Below are positions 13,095 to 30,800 of a stretch of 64,000 nt of DNA, piece by piece; position 1 is the stretch's first letter; every line of letters begins with the position of its first letter. The position numbers and the translations under genes were made by a program. Source of the DNA: Macrostomum lignano. Lineage: Eukaryota. The notes under the pieces were generated by a model. The model was not told the origin of the DNA and made no database searches. It saw nothing but the letters and a program-made list of their open reading frames with translations. The stretch is taken from the NCBI GenBank assembly GCA_002269645.1, contig NIVC01001785.1:173763-237762 (forward strand). The letters are read 5' to 3'.

Positions 13095-16083
13095 GTATAT
13101 ATATATATATTAAGACGCAGAGGGGAGGACCCTTGCGCGCGCGCACTCGCAGAACAGGCGGGAGGGGCAGGCAGCAGCAGCCTGAGCGGTCAGCTCAAGC
13201 GCCTGCAAGTCAGCGATGAGGCAGTCCGTTAGAGTGGCAGTGCGGGCCTGGCCGCGGCGCAATTGCTCGGTCGGCCGGTGCAGCATGGCCAGGGCCAGAG
13301 GGACGGGCGCACTGCGACCCAGGGTAGCGCTCAGGGGCGGAGTTCCAGCGCGGGCCATCAGAGCGTTGGTCGACAGGCGATCCGGGTAGTGCACGCCCAG
13401 CAGCGATCGGTAAAGCGCGTCCAAGGCTCGCTCTCGCGTTTCGGTCAGCGACACAGCCTCCATGCCGTACAGCAGGATCGGCTCGACGGCCGCGCGGAAC
13501 AGGCGCACCTTCAGGTCGTCTCTGGCAGCTGTAGTAAAAACGTTCATGAGGAGGTGCACGGCGCGCCAGGCCTGGTTCCTTCTGTCGGAGACAATTGCAT
13601 CGGGGCTAATCACCAGGGCGCCGAGGCACCGGAAGTCCTTGCACACCGCGATGCGGTCTCCATTGGGCAGCGTTAGAGTTGGGACGGTATTCGTGCTCAC
13701 GTGCAGCGCCTCCGTCTTGCGAGCGTTCACCAGCAGTCCAACACGGGCACCCTCGTCGCAGAGCCTTGTGAGAGCGCGCTGGGCAGCAGCTGGATCGCGG
13801 CAGAGCAGCGCGATGTCGTCAGCATACGCGAGAGCGGGAAGCGAAACAGCAGGGTGTCTGGAGCTTCGGCGTGAGACCAGCAAGTAGCTGTCATCCTCGC
13901 GGAGGGACCGACGAAGCACGTAGTCCACAACCACGAGGAAGAGCAGAGGAGCCAGCGTGTAGCCCTGAAGGACCCCTGAACTGGTGCCGAACTCTTCTGT
14001 GGGGCCGTCGCTCGACATGACAAAAGCCCTGGAGTCGCGGTAGAGGTCCATTACCGCGCTCACCAGCGCAGCAGGTACACCATAGTGAGATAAAAGCCAA
14101 GCGATCGCAGGCCTGGACACCGAGTCAAACGCCTTGCGAAAGTCGACAAAGATGATTGACACGGAGCGCTGGCGGGTCTTGCAGGCCTCGATGACAGAGC
14201 GGATGGTGGCAACCTGCTCGGTGGTGGACCTGCCCGGGCGGAAGCCGCTTCGGAGGCTCAGCAGCAGCGGGTTGAGGCTGGGCAGGAGTCGGTTGCGCAG
14301 AATCTCGTTCAGCAGCTTCGGCGTTGTGCATTCCAGAACGATGCCCCGCTGGTTGTCCAAGATGGTGGAGGCATCTTTCTTCGGGATGGAGACAATCTTG
14401 GAGGTGCGCCATTGCTGAGGAGCTGAGGCGGTCTCGTTGCCTCCAAGGCTGCAGTACTTGTTCAGCAGGCAGGTGATGATCGGGGTGAGCTCGGGCAGCT
14501 TCAGGACCCTGGGAGGGATGGCGTCCACCCCAGCGGCAGCATCAGCTCGCATGGTCCTCAGTGCTCGGTCAACCGCAGTGATGTGGGCCGGTGTTGAAGG
14601 CGCCTGGCTGGGCTGGAGCGAAGTCTGGGATTGGCAGAAGAGGCGCAGTTGGAGCGGGCGCAGTGAGCAGCTCGCGGTAGTGGGTGGCCAGCAGGGCCTT
14701 GCGGTGCTCGGTGGAATCAGCGCCGACGATGGTGTTGGGCCTGGGCTTCCTGCCAGTCAGCTGGTTGATGGCCCTCCAGGCAGCACTATGGCGGCAGTTG
14801 TCAGTAGCGAGTTGGATTTCGCTCACAGCCTCTTCGATGAAGGCTTCAGTCCGCTGGGCGTAGATGCGCTGCAGCTCGTCCCTGGCAGCACTGGCCTGGT
14901 CGCTGTCATGGCCGTGGAGTGCAGCAGTGCTCTGCACATGCCGCCTTGCCTTGGAGATGATGAGATCGCGGTCCCACAGGGCCTTTAGATGATTTGACTG
15001 TCTCCGTGGGAGAAGCACTGCAGCATCCTCGACAGCGTGATGGAAAGACTCGAAGGACTCGGCTGGAGCAGGAGTGGCGGCATGCAGCTTGCGTAGGAAG
15101 ACCTGCCGCGTGTCCGGGTTTCTCAGGTCGGCCCAGAGCGGGGGAGGTGGCGCAGGCCGGAGCTTTTGCCAGTGCAGATCGAAGTCGCATGCCACCAGGC
15201 GGTGATCAGATTGAACGCAGTCGGGGCGGATGTTGAGGACTCTGCGCACCCTGGACCTCAGAGCAGTTGGGCAGAGAATCCAGTCCAGCCGAGTCGTTCG
15301 CCCGTTGGGGCCAGAGAAAGTTGGAAGCTTGCTGAAGCGCTGTCGCATGATGCCATTGACAGCCATCAGATCTCTGGCCTGGATAAAACTGGATAGAAAA
15401 GGTGAGTTGGCATTGGGGATGCCACAGCTGTTCTTTATCAGGCGGCCGTCCGCTGGCAATGGCGAGTTGAATTCACCAGCAACAATGACAGAGTCACGAG
15501 CAGGGATGGAATCAAGCAGTCTCGTAAAGGGCTTCTGTCTCAGATGGATCTTCACTGGTCCGGGGGGCCGTTGGAGCATAGACAGAGATGATGTGAAGCC
15601 GCCTGTCTTTTCCGGCAAAGGAGGCGAGTCCCAGGCGCTCGGATGGAAACCTGATGTCCAGCAGCACTCTGGATGCGGCGGGCGACAGCAGGAAGCCGAT
15701 GCCTCCAGTTCCCTGGGGGGTGGCTAAGGCAACCTTGAATTGCCAGCTTAGGCCCAGATCCATAGATTCTTGAACTGCCAGGATGGAGATGTTGAGTTCG
15801 GCCGCCAGTCTTGTCAGCTCCTGCAGTCTCCATGTCTGACTGAGAGTGCGGGCATTGAAGGTGGCGACCCGAATCTGGCTTTGCAGATGCGGCTGACTTG
15901 TCTCCTTCTTGGCTCTGCTTGTGCGTGCATTGCGATGGCCCTCGAGGCTCCGGCTTGGCAGGCCGCGAGTCCTGGTGGGTCCGACAAGCATTGGTGCCAA
16001 GCACTTTGCGCCGCGCATTAAAGGGCTGCCGGCGGCGCTTAGAGGCCTCCTGACTCCGTCGTCCCCCGTGAGTCGCCCCATCT
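13095..16083 (-). mobile_element. Decayed RTE-like non-LTR retrotransposon (APE + RT)
   Basis: A single long reading frame split by frameshifts: APE N-term (IRVATFNARTL, LAVQE, IISVYAPT), APE C-term (VIVAGEFNS, RLDWIL, SDHRLV), RT (GFRPGRSTTEQ, VDFRKAFDSV, LQGYTLAPLLF, YADD); (TA)n tail near 13095-13110. The clade assignment is from motif style. Confidence 0.88.
13110..16081 (-). pseudogene. Frameshifted APE-RT polyprotein of the RTE-like LINE
   Basis: ORF pieces 16081-15512, 15618-14569 and 14552-13110 are colinear parts of one protein; frameshifts near 15520 and 14580. Confidence 0.85.
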
Positions 16084-16969
16084 ACATGTATGTATAGGGA
16101 TGGGTATACCTATGTATTGTTCGACACAAAGCATATAGTTTTTTAATCAAAATAATGGTAGTCAAAATAATGGTAGATAGTCCTAAGGCACAAATTGTGT
16201 TTTTTTCAAAAGCATCTGAAAAAAGAACTTTTTCTTTTTTCTCTGACCTCTGACCTCCTTTGATGAATCATATAGCTATTGTAGTTATTATTTAAGCAAT
16301 CAATAATCTGATAATTAAGAAAAAGATCAAGGGCTACTACATACAGTGTCTCTCATATCAACGCTAGGGATTGAGCGGCTACCCCTATTCCCTGCTTGGC
16401 CGGACGCCAAACTGACAAAACAGTAGACAATAAGAATTCCTCGGCCTTAATTAGTCACACTGCTGTACTTTAACGAATGTATTGAGAATTTAAAAGCAAA
16501 GCCTTAATATTTTTAGGAACAAAATTAAATACTAGATCAAATGGAGAATTCAAATGGTACACAAATCCATATGATGGATGCTCTGGTATAGGACAGGTCT
16601 TTTCTGTAATTTAATTTGAATTCCCAGCTCTGATTGGCTCACACCTGACCAATGTCTAAACATGGCCTGATCCCAATAAAATCAAAAGCACATTGCAATT
16701 CTTGCATTAATTCTTCAAGGAGAGAATATTATTCACGATTCTGCGACAGAAATTTAACGAATTCAATTTGGAAAACAGGTGAGTTTATCGTGTGTGCAAA
16801 TCTGCTCATAAATGTTGTCCAATAAGCTTGAGCTCAGAGAACACAACATGTACCTGTACAAGACTTGATGTGAATGTATCGCTTGCTACAAGCTTAGCGC
16901 TAGACTTTGATGGTACCTCGGATATTTGAAGGCCCACGCCAAATGGAATCTTAGAGAGTGTGCAAATTC

Positions 16970-17430
16970 GGATGTCAGGGTTGTGTCAGGGCGACACTTC
17001 GGATGTCAGAGCGTCACTTCAGATGTCAGGGAGACACTTCGGATGTCAGGGCGTCACTTCGGATGTCAGGGCGTCACTTCGGATGTCAGGGCGTCACTTC
17101 GGATGTCAGGGCGTCACTTCAGATGTCAGGGCGACACTTCAGATGTCAGGGCGTCACTTCGGATGTCAGGGCGTCACTTCGGATGTCAGGGCGTCACTTC
17201 GGATGTCAGGGCGTCACTTCAGATGTCAGGGCGTCACTTCGGATGTCAGGGCGTCACTTCGGATGTCAGGGCGTCACTTCAGATGTCAGGGCGTCACTTC
17301 GGATGTCAGGGCGTCACTTCGGATGTCAGGGCGTCACTTCAGATGTCAGGGCGTCACTTCGGATGTCAGGGCGTCACTTCAGATGTCAGGGCGTCACTTC
17401 GGATGTCAGGGCGTCACTTCGGATGTCAGC
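16970..17430. repeat. 20-bp minisatellite (~23 copies)
   Basis: GGATGTCAGGGCGTCACTTC tandem copies, nearly identical. Confidence 0.95.
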
Positions 17431-17984
17431 ATCACTTTGGATAATTGTAGCTCGCATAGGGTAAACACTTCGAGTGTCACTTTTTCGATTACTAATTAGT
17501 TGTATTGCCTCAAATGCACCATTGTTGGACGATAGAATTGGAACAAGAGTTAATGCAGGAGTGCTATAAATAAAATTTTAAAGGAATGCAAATTCATAAA
17601 AATCCATAGAAAAATACTGCCGTGCCAGCACGACTTTGAAACTTTCGATGAGAAATGAGTGCTGCAACAATGCTGCATAAGCTTCCTTCTGAATTAGCGT
17701 TTGATTCGTTAGCATGGCAACGAGTCGTGAAGCTGGCCGTCAGTGTCAAATATTTTCCAAGAGTAAACAGAGCGAAGCCGCGGTCCGCTACAGTTAATGA
17801 TAGCAGCCACACCGTTATCCAAATCATGGAATTTTCCCTGCCTACAACCTGCTCCGTTGTCCTGCAAAATATTCAGAATTCAGAGACGAAATGGGATAGG
17901 AGCTACCAAGCGGGGTGGGCGATCTCAGCCATTGTGAAATTACCTGTTAGATGGTTGGTGACATTCACCTGTACGGATGGGTGG

Positions 17985-18316
17985 ATATCCTGTTAGACTC
18001 GGGAGATGCATGTAAATGTGCAGGTTTAGGTAAAGGTGACATCCTGTTAGACACGGGAGATGCATGAACATGTGTAGGATTAGGTAAAGGTGACATCCTG
18101 TTAGACACGGGAGATGCATGAACCTGTGTAGGATTAGGTAAAGGTGACATCCTGTTAGACACGGGAGATGCATGAACCTGTGTAGGATTAGGTAAAGGTG
18201 ACATCCTGTTAGACACGGGAGATGCATAAACCTGTGTAGGATTAGGTAAAAGGTGACATCCTGTTAGACACGGGAGATGCATGAACCTGTGTAGGATTAG
18301 GTAAAAGGTGACATCC
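17985..18316. repeat. 54-bp tandem repeat (~6 copies)
   Basis: GTGACATCCTGTTAGACACGGGAGATGCATGAACCTGTGTAGGATTAGGTAAAG with period 54. Confidence 0.92.
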
Positions 18317-18711
18317 TTTGACGAATTTTAGCGGACTTCTCTTAGCACAGATCGACCTACTATACTCGTAGTATGGTCTTCCAGCTACAGTAGCAAAAGC
18401 CATTGAGGGACACACAGAGCGCAGTGTTTGCACTGGTTTTTTAGATAAGAATATCCTGGATGCTGGATGAGTGAGATTTTACTTCATCGTCTGGCTGTCC
18501 AAGCCAAACAGAGCACAAACAGCCGCAACGCCCCAGTTTATTATCTATAAACCTCTGCTCTCCCTCGATCTCCGATAAATGCACCGTTTGACAGGCACAA
18601 GTATAATACCATTCTTCCGTTATGATAAAAATAAATTTGCTGTTTTTTTCACCCATTTATTTTTTGCATCTATAAGGGCCGTACCGTGTCTTTAAACGCC
18701 TTTCGTAGTTC

Positions 18712-18965
18712 CTCCTTCTCCCACTCCCTCTCTCCCACTCCCTCCCTCCCACTCCCTCTCTCCCACTCCCTCTCTCCACTCCCTCTCTCCCACTCCCTCT
18801 CTCCCACTCCCTCTCTCTCACTGCCTCTCTCCCACTCCCTCTCTCCCACTCCCTCGCTCCCACTCCCTCTCTCCCACTCCCTCTATCCCACTCCCTCTCT
18901 CCCACTCCCTCTCTCCCACTCCCTCTCTCCCACTCCCTCTCTCCCACTCCCTTTCTCCTACTCTC
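18712..18965. repeat. 14-bp pyrimidine-rich tandem repeat
   Basis: CCACTCCCTCTCTC units. Confidence 0.9.
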
Positions 18966-19217
18966 TCACTACCGACTTGTAAATGTATAATAGATGAATC
19001 AAGTCGGCAATCAATCCATCAGAGCAAAAACTTTCCCTGACGAATAGCAACACGTTTCGGCAGTTCCTTAATCTACGTAAATCTAATCTGATTATTATGA
19101 CCTCTTTTCTCTTCCTTCCTCTCTCTCTCCTTTTTGCGTTAGGTTTTTGCAATAACTTCCACTTTCTGCTTCAGATAAACAAAACACAAGCCACTCAAAT
19201 AAACAAATTGGAGCGTC

Positions 19218-20204
19218 ATGACGCCGGAGCAGCTGAAAAGCTTCGGCCTGGCCTACCGCGCCATTCTGCTGTGTCTGGGCCTGCCCTCAAACGCGCTGGT
19301 TCTCCTGGCCATGTCCGCCAAGCGACTGCGCGGCGGCAGCATCAGCGTCCAGCTTCGCGGTCTGGCAGCCAGCGGCTCCATCAGCCTGCTGTTCGGTCTG
19401 GCCCCGGATCTGGCGCTTCGAGCCGGCGCCCCGCCGCCACCAGCTGCCGATGTTGCCTGCCCGCTGTTGTCCTTCCTGGAGTACTGCAGCGGCGATGTGG
19501 CCGTGTGGATTGTGCCCTGTCTGGCCGCCGACCGGCTGGTGGCGCTTCTGGCGCCGGCGCGGGCTGCCAGGCGCCTGGCAACCACCAGAGCGGCGCTGGT
19601 GCAGCTGCTGGGCCTGGCGCTGCTAGCGGCGGCCAAGAACATCATTGTGCTGCTCGGCCGCGCCATGGTGGTGGTGCCGGCGGCTGGCAATTCCACCCGG
19701 CTCCGCTGCACCTGGCGGCCGGAGTTCGCCCAGACCAGGGAGATTCGTAGCTACGTTGCCATGGCAACGGTAGCCATCGCGCCCAGCCTGCTGGTGCTGG
19801 CGCTGAACGCCATTCTGCTGTGGGCGCTGTGCCGCCGCATGCGTCGCGGCCGTCGGATCGGCTCGACGTCGGTCGCTTCGAACTCCTCGGCGATGACGAA
19901 CACTCCCCCGGCAGTGTCGGCCTCGACCTCGGACGCAACGTCGAAGGCGATGCGCGGCTCCGTAGCCGTGACGCTGGCGATCTCGGCCAGCTTTGTCGTG
20001 CTCCTGATGCCGAACTTTGCCTACCTGATGGCTATCAACCTGGTTGATGTATCGCAGGACACAAAAGACCTGCTGTCTGAGGTGTTCCAGATGCTGTACA
20101 ATCTCAACCACACCGTCAACTTTCTGCTCTACGTTGCCGCGTCTCCGAATTTTCGACGCGAATTGGTCGGCTTGTTGCTCTGCCGCAAAGTGGCTGGCAA
20201 GTGA
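19218..20204 (+). CDS. Intronless class A (rhodopsin-like) GPCR, orphan peptide-receptor type
   Basis: 328 aa with seven hydrophobic segments; TM1 GLPSNAL, TM3 Cys and ADRL (DRY variant), ECL2 Cys (RCTW), TM5 APSLL, TM6 FVVLLMP, TM7 NHTVNFLLY, helix 8 NFRREL. Confidence 0.9.
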   Translation: MTPEQLKSFGLAYRAILLCLGLPSNALVLLAMSAKRLRGGSISVQLRGLAASGSISLLFGLAPDLALRAGAPPPPAADVACPLLSFLEYCSGDVAVWIVPCLAADRLVALLAPARAARRLATTRAALVQLLGLALLAAAKNIIVLLGRAMVVVPAAGNSTRLRCTWRPEFAQTREIRSYVAMATVAIAPSLLVLALNAILLWALCRRMRRGRRIGSTSVASNSSAMTNTPPAVSASTSDATSKAMRGSVAVTLAISASFVVLLMPNFAYLMAINLVDVSQDTKDLLSEVFQMLYNLNHTVNFLLYVAASPNFRRELVGLLLCRKVAGK

Positions 20205-20755
20205 GCGATAGAGAGACGACAATTTCTGACAAAAATCGACTCGACAATCTCCACAGCAATATCTCTATACTTCTTCATTAGCTGAGTCGAGCTTTCAACA
20301 TTAAATGTCTGGCACACAAAGCTGTGAAAGAAGCTTATTAGCAGGGGGGCAAACGGCAACTTAAACCGAGGGACTCTGTGACATCCGCCAGCTTTTTGTT
20401 TTTCGAGGAGGCTCTTCCCCCTCCTTTTCGTTCTGGCCTGGCGTGGAAGCGGCTAGCTTCCTCGTCTTGGTCTGCTGGTGGGGGACGGATCCCCCCTGCT
20501 GCTTTTTTGCGGGGCAGGTGGCTGCTAAGTAGTTGGCTGCTGGCTAAGCGCCAACTACCCATCGACAGCCCTTAGTTGCAACTGGTACCACACGGGTTCT
20601 CGAGGGCCGCTCTTGTGGGGGAGGGCTCGGGCGTCGGCTGTCAACTCGACCTGGCGCCTGTGTCCCAAGCCCGCAGCCGGCCTCCCGCCCCCTGATCTTG
20701 CAGAGTGTGGACCGGGGGCCTGCCGGAGCCTCGCCTGGGAGCAATCCTGGGATAA

Positions 20756-25635
<4,880 letters not shown>

Positions 25636-25725
25636 TCCTTGTGCTCTTTTACCTTGGGGTTGCGATAGGGGCCTCGCGGCCTATTCGCGGCGCCTGCGCC
25701 CCCCGTCAGTAGTAAGTAAGTAAGT

Positions 25726-27199
25726 AAGCTTATTAGCAGCTGAAACATTAGCCTGAAGCTGATTAGCAGCTGAAACATTAGCCTGAAGCTGATTAGCAAC
25801 TGAAACATTAGCCTGAAGCTGATTGGCAGCTGAAACATTAGCCTGAAGCTGATTAGCAGCTGAAACATTAGCCTGAAGCTGATTAGCAGCTGAAACATTA
25901 GCCTGAAGCTGCAATTAACAGCTGAAAAATAGCCTGAAGCTGATGAGCAGCTGAATCATTAGCCTGAAGCTGATTAGCAACAGAAACATTAGCCTGAAGC
26001 TGATTAGCAGCTGAATCATTAGCCTGAAGCTGATGAGCAGCTGAAAAATTAGCCTGAAGCTGCAGTTAACAGCTGAAACAATAGCCTGAAGCTGATGAGC
26101 AGCTGAAACATTAGCCTGAAGCTGCAGTTAACAGCTGAAACAATAGCCTGAAGCTGATTAGCAGCTGAATCATTAGCCTGAAGCTGATGAGCAACAGAAA
26201 CATTAGCTTGAAGCCGATTAGCAGCTGAAACATTAGCCTGAAGCTGCAATTAGCAGCTGAAACATTAGCCTGAAGCCGATTAGCAGCTGAATCATTAGCC
26301 TGAAGCTGATTAGCAGCTGAATCATTAGCCTGAAGCTGATGAGCAGCTGAATCATTAGCCTGAAGCTGATTAGCAACAGAAACATTAGCCTGAAGCTGAT
26401 TAGCAGCTGAATCATTAGCCTGAAGCTGATGAGCAACAGAAACATTAGCTTGAAGCTGATTAGCAGCTGAAACATTAGCCTGAAGCTGATTAGCAGCTGA
26501 AACATTAGCCTGAAGCTGCAGTTAACAGCTGAAACAATAGCCTGAAGCTGATTAGCAGCTGAATCATTAGCCTGAAGCTGATGAGCAACAGAAACATTAG
26601 CTTGAAGCCGATTAGCAGCTGAAACATTAGCCTGAAGCTGATTAGCAGCTGAAACATTAGCCTGAAGCTGCAATTAGCAGCTGAAACATTAGCCTGAAGC
26701 CGATTAGCAGCTGAATCATTAGCCTGAAGCTGATTGGCAGCTGAAACATTAGCCTGAAGCTGATTAGCAGCTGAATCATTAGCCTGAAGCTAATTGGAAG
26801 CTGAAACATTAGCCTGAAGCTGATTAGCAGCTGAAACATTAGCCTGAAGCTGATTGGCAGCTGAAACATTACCCTGAAGCTGATTAGCAGCTGAAACATT
26901 AGCCTGAAGCTGATTAGCAGCTGAAACATTAGCCTGAAGCCGATTAGCAGCTGAATCATTAGCCTGAAGCTGATTAGCAACTGAATCATTAGCCTGAAGC
27001 TGATTAGCAACTGAATCATTAGCCTGAAGCTGATTAGCAACTGAATCATTAGCCTGAAGCTGATTAGCAACTGAATCATTAGCCTGAAGCTGATTAGCAA
27101 CTGAATCATTAGCCTGAAGCTGATTAGCAACTGAATCATTAGCCTGAAGCTGATTAGCAACTGAATCATTAGCCTGAAGCTGATTAGCAACTGAATCAT
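25726..27199. repeat. 30-bp satellite (~49 copies)
   Basis: GATTAGCAGCTGAAACATTAGCCTGAAGCT tandem array; the MFQLLISFRL/LQANVSAANQ ORFs are artefacts. Confidence 0.96.
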
Positions 27200-27854
27200 C
27201 TATCGTATAATTTTTCAACCTGTCTAGATTTAGTGGTTAAAGCCAATAAAATTTACTCATTTTTACTTTCCGAATTCTATCTAGAAAGTAGCGATCTTAA
27301 AGGTTTTATTAAAAAATCCTTAAAAAGTCAAAATATGAAGTCCATGTTATAATACGTAAGAATTAATCGATACAAGAAAGCAGAGATTTCTGAGTAAACC
27401 GTGTTTATCGATCATTTTTTTCATTGTCTTTTTTCAGCATTAGTGGCTGAAATGATTAGATACGGGGGTAGCACAGATAAGAGTGGCGAAGTGTTAATGC
27501 GTTTTCGATCGGCCATTAATCTGTCTGAGCCATGACCTGCGGGTCAATACTGTGTCAGCGCATCCTCAGGTGTCAGCGGTATTATTGGCATTCCGATTCG
27601 TAATTGCTGGCCAAAAATATTGTAGAATCAGAATCTACAGGCACCCTGCTTACAAACCGAAACTACAAGGATTTATAAAAAATCATGATTTTCGTTGGTA
27701 TAATCAGGGGCGTCGCCTCCGGGGAGGGGGGGCGGACAAGGAGGACATGCCCCCTTAGTAAAAGCCACGGATGGGGGACATATCCAATGCTTCCCCCCCC
27801 CCTCTACTCTAACTTTGTGTTGTTCCATTATGAAATTCAATAGTTTTACTTTAG

Positions 27855-30800
27855 GGCGCCAAAATGAGTGCCTACGGCGCCAAAATGAGTGCCTGCGCTG
27901 CCAAAATGAGTGCCTGCGGCGCTAAAATAAATGCCTGCGGCGCCAAAATGAGTGCCTGGCTGTGGCGCCAAAATGAGTGCGTGCGCTGCCAAAATGAGTG
28001 CCTGCGGCGTCAAAATGAGTGCCTGCGGCGCTAAAATAAATGCCTGCGGCGCCAAAATGAGCGACTTGCTGCGGCGCCAAAATGAGTGCCTGCGGCGCCA
28101 AAATGAGTGCCTGGCTGTTGCGCCAAAATGAGTGCTTGCGGCGCCAAAATGAGTGGCTGCGGCGCCAAAATGAGTGCCTGCGGCGCTAAAATAAATGCCT
28201 GCGGCGCCAAAATGAGTGCCTGGCTGTGGCGCCAAAATGAGTGCGTGCGCTGCCAAAATGAGTGCCTGCGGCGCTAAAATAAATGCCTGCGGCGCCAAAA
28301 TGAGCGACTTGCTGCGGCGCCAAAATGAGTGCCTGGCTGTTGCGCCAAAATGAGTGCTTGCGGCGCCAAAATGAGTGCCTGCGGCGCCAAAATGAGTGCC
28401 TAGCTGCGGCGCCAAAATGAGTGCCTGGCTGCGGCGCCAAAATGAGTGCCTGCGGCGCCAAAATGAGTGCCTGCGGCGCCAAAATGAGTGCCTGGCTGCG
28501 GCGCCAAAATGAGTGCCTGCGGCGCCAAAATGAGTGCCTGCGGCGCCAAAATGAGTGCCTGCGGCGCTAAAATGAGTGCCTGCGGCGCTAAAATGAGTGC
28601 CTTCGACGCTAAAATGAGTGCCTGCGGCGCCAAAATGATTGCCTTCGACGCCAAAATGAGTGCCTTCGACGCTAAAATGAGTGCCTGCGGCGCCAAAACG
28701 AGTGCCTGCGGCGCCAAAATGAGTGCCTTCGACGCTAAAATGAGTGCCTGCGGCGCCAAAATGAGTGCCTGCGGCGCCAAAATGAGTGCCTGGCTGTGGC
28801 GCCAAAATGAGTGCTTGCGGCGCCAAAATGAGTGCCTGCGGCGCCAAAATGAGTGCCTGCGGCGCCAAAATGAGCGCCTGGCTGCGGCGCCAAAATGAGT
28901 GCCTGCGGCGCCAAAATGAGCGCCTGGCTGCGGCGCCAAAATGAGTGCCTGCGGCGCCAAAATGAGTGCCTGGCTGTTGCGCCAAAATGAGTGCTTGCGG
29001 CGCCAAAATGAGTGGCTGCGGCGCCAAAATGAGTGCCTGCGGCGCTAAAATAAATGCCTGCGGCGCCAAAATGAGTGCCTGGCTGTGGCGCCAAAATGAG
29101 TGCGTGCGCTGCCAAAATGAGTGCCTGCGGCGCTAAAATAAATGCCTGCGGCGCCAAAATGAGCGACTTGCTGCGGCGCCAAAATGAGTGCCTGCGGCGC
29201 CAAAATGAGTGCCTGGCTGTTGCGCCAAAATGAGTGCTTGCGGCGCCAAAATGAGTGCCTGCGGCGCCAAAATGAGTGCCTGGCTGCGGCGCCAAAATGA
29301 GTGCCTGCGGCGCCAAAATGAGTGCCTGCGGTGCCAAAATGAGTGCCTGGCTGCGGCGCCAAAATGAGTGCCTGCGGCGCCAAAATGAGTGCCTGCGGCG
29401 CCAAAATGAGTGCCTGCGGCGCTAAAATGAGTGCCTGCGGCGCTAAAATGAGTGCCTGCGGCGCTAAAATAAATGCCTGCGGCGCCAAAATGAGTGCCTG
29501 GCTGTGGCGCCAAAATGAGTGCGTGCGCTGCCAAAATGAGTGCCTGCGGCGCTAAAATAAATGCCTGCGGCGCCAAAATGAGCGACTTGCTGCGGCGCCA
29601 AAATGAGTGCCTGCGGCGCCAAAATGAGTGCCTGGCTGTTGCGCCAAAATGAGTGCTTGCGGCGCCAAAATGAGTGCCTGCGGCGCCAAAATGAGTGCCT
29701 AGCTGCGGCGCCAAAATGAGTGCCTGGCTGCGGCGCCAAAATGAGTGCCTGCGGCGCCAAAATGAGTGCCTGCGGCGCCAAAATGAGTGCCTGGCTGCGG
29801 CGCCAAAATGAGTGCCTGCGGCGCCAAAATGAGTGCCTGCGGCGCTAAAATGAGTGCCTGCGGCGCTAAAATGAGTGCCTTCGACGCTAAAATGAGTGCC
29901 TGCGGCGCCAAAATGATTGCCTTCGACGCCAAAATGAGTGCCTTCGACGCTAAAATGAGTGCCTGCGGCGCCAAAACGAGTGCCTGCGGCGCCAAAATGA
30001 GTGCCTTCGACGCTAAAATGAGTGCCTGCGGCGCCAAAATGAGTGCCTGCGGCGCCAAAATGAGTGCCTGGCTGTGGCGCCAAAATGAGTGCTTGCGGCG
30101 CCAAAATGAGTGCCTGCGGCGCCAAAATGAGTGCCTGCGGCGCCAAAATGAGCGCCTGGCTGCGGCGCCAAAATGAGTGCCTGCGGCGCCAAATGAGCGC
30201 CTGGCTGCGGCGCCAAAATGAGTGCCTGCGGCGCCAAAATGAGTGCCTGGCTGTTGCGCCAAAATGAGTGCTTGCGGCGCCAAAATGAGTGGCTGCGGCG
30301 CCAAAATGAGTGCCTGCGGCGCTAAAATAAATGCCTGCGGCGCCAAAATGAGTGCCTGGCTGTGGCGCCAAAATGAGTGCGTGCGCTGCCAAAATGAGTG
30401 CCTGCGGCGCTAAAATAAATGCCTGCGGCGCCAAAATGAGCGACTTGCTGCGGCGCCAAAATGAGTGCCTGCGGCGCCAAAATGAGTGCCTGGCTGTTGC
30501 GCCAAAATGAGTGCTTGCGGCGCCAAAATGAGTGCCTGCGGCGCCAAAATGAGTGCCTGGCTGCGGCGCCAAAATGAGTGCCTGCGGCGCCAAAATGAGT
30601 GCCTGCGGTGCCAAAATGAGTGCCTGGCTGCGGCGCCAAAATGAGTGCCTGCGGCGCCAAAATGAGTGCCTGCGGCGCCAAAATGAGTGCCTGCGGCGCT
30701 AAAATGAGTGCCTGCGGCGCTAAAATGAGTGCCTTCGACGCTAAAATGAGTGCCTGCGGCGCCAAAATGATTGCCTTCGACGCCAAAATGAGTGCCTTCG

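Noticed and set aside
17594-18656. Possible minus-strand exons (DNGAGCRQGKFH...; FIITEEWYY...)
   Set aside because: Short open frames with no recognisable domain or consistent splice chain; cannot be supported. The same applies to 36031-36273.
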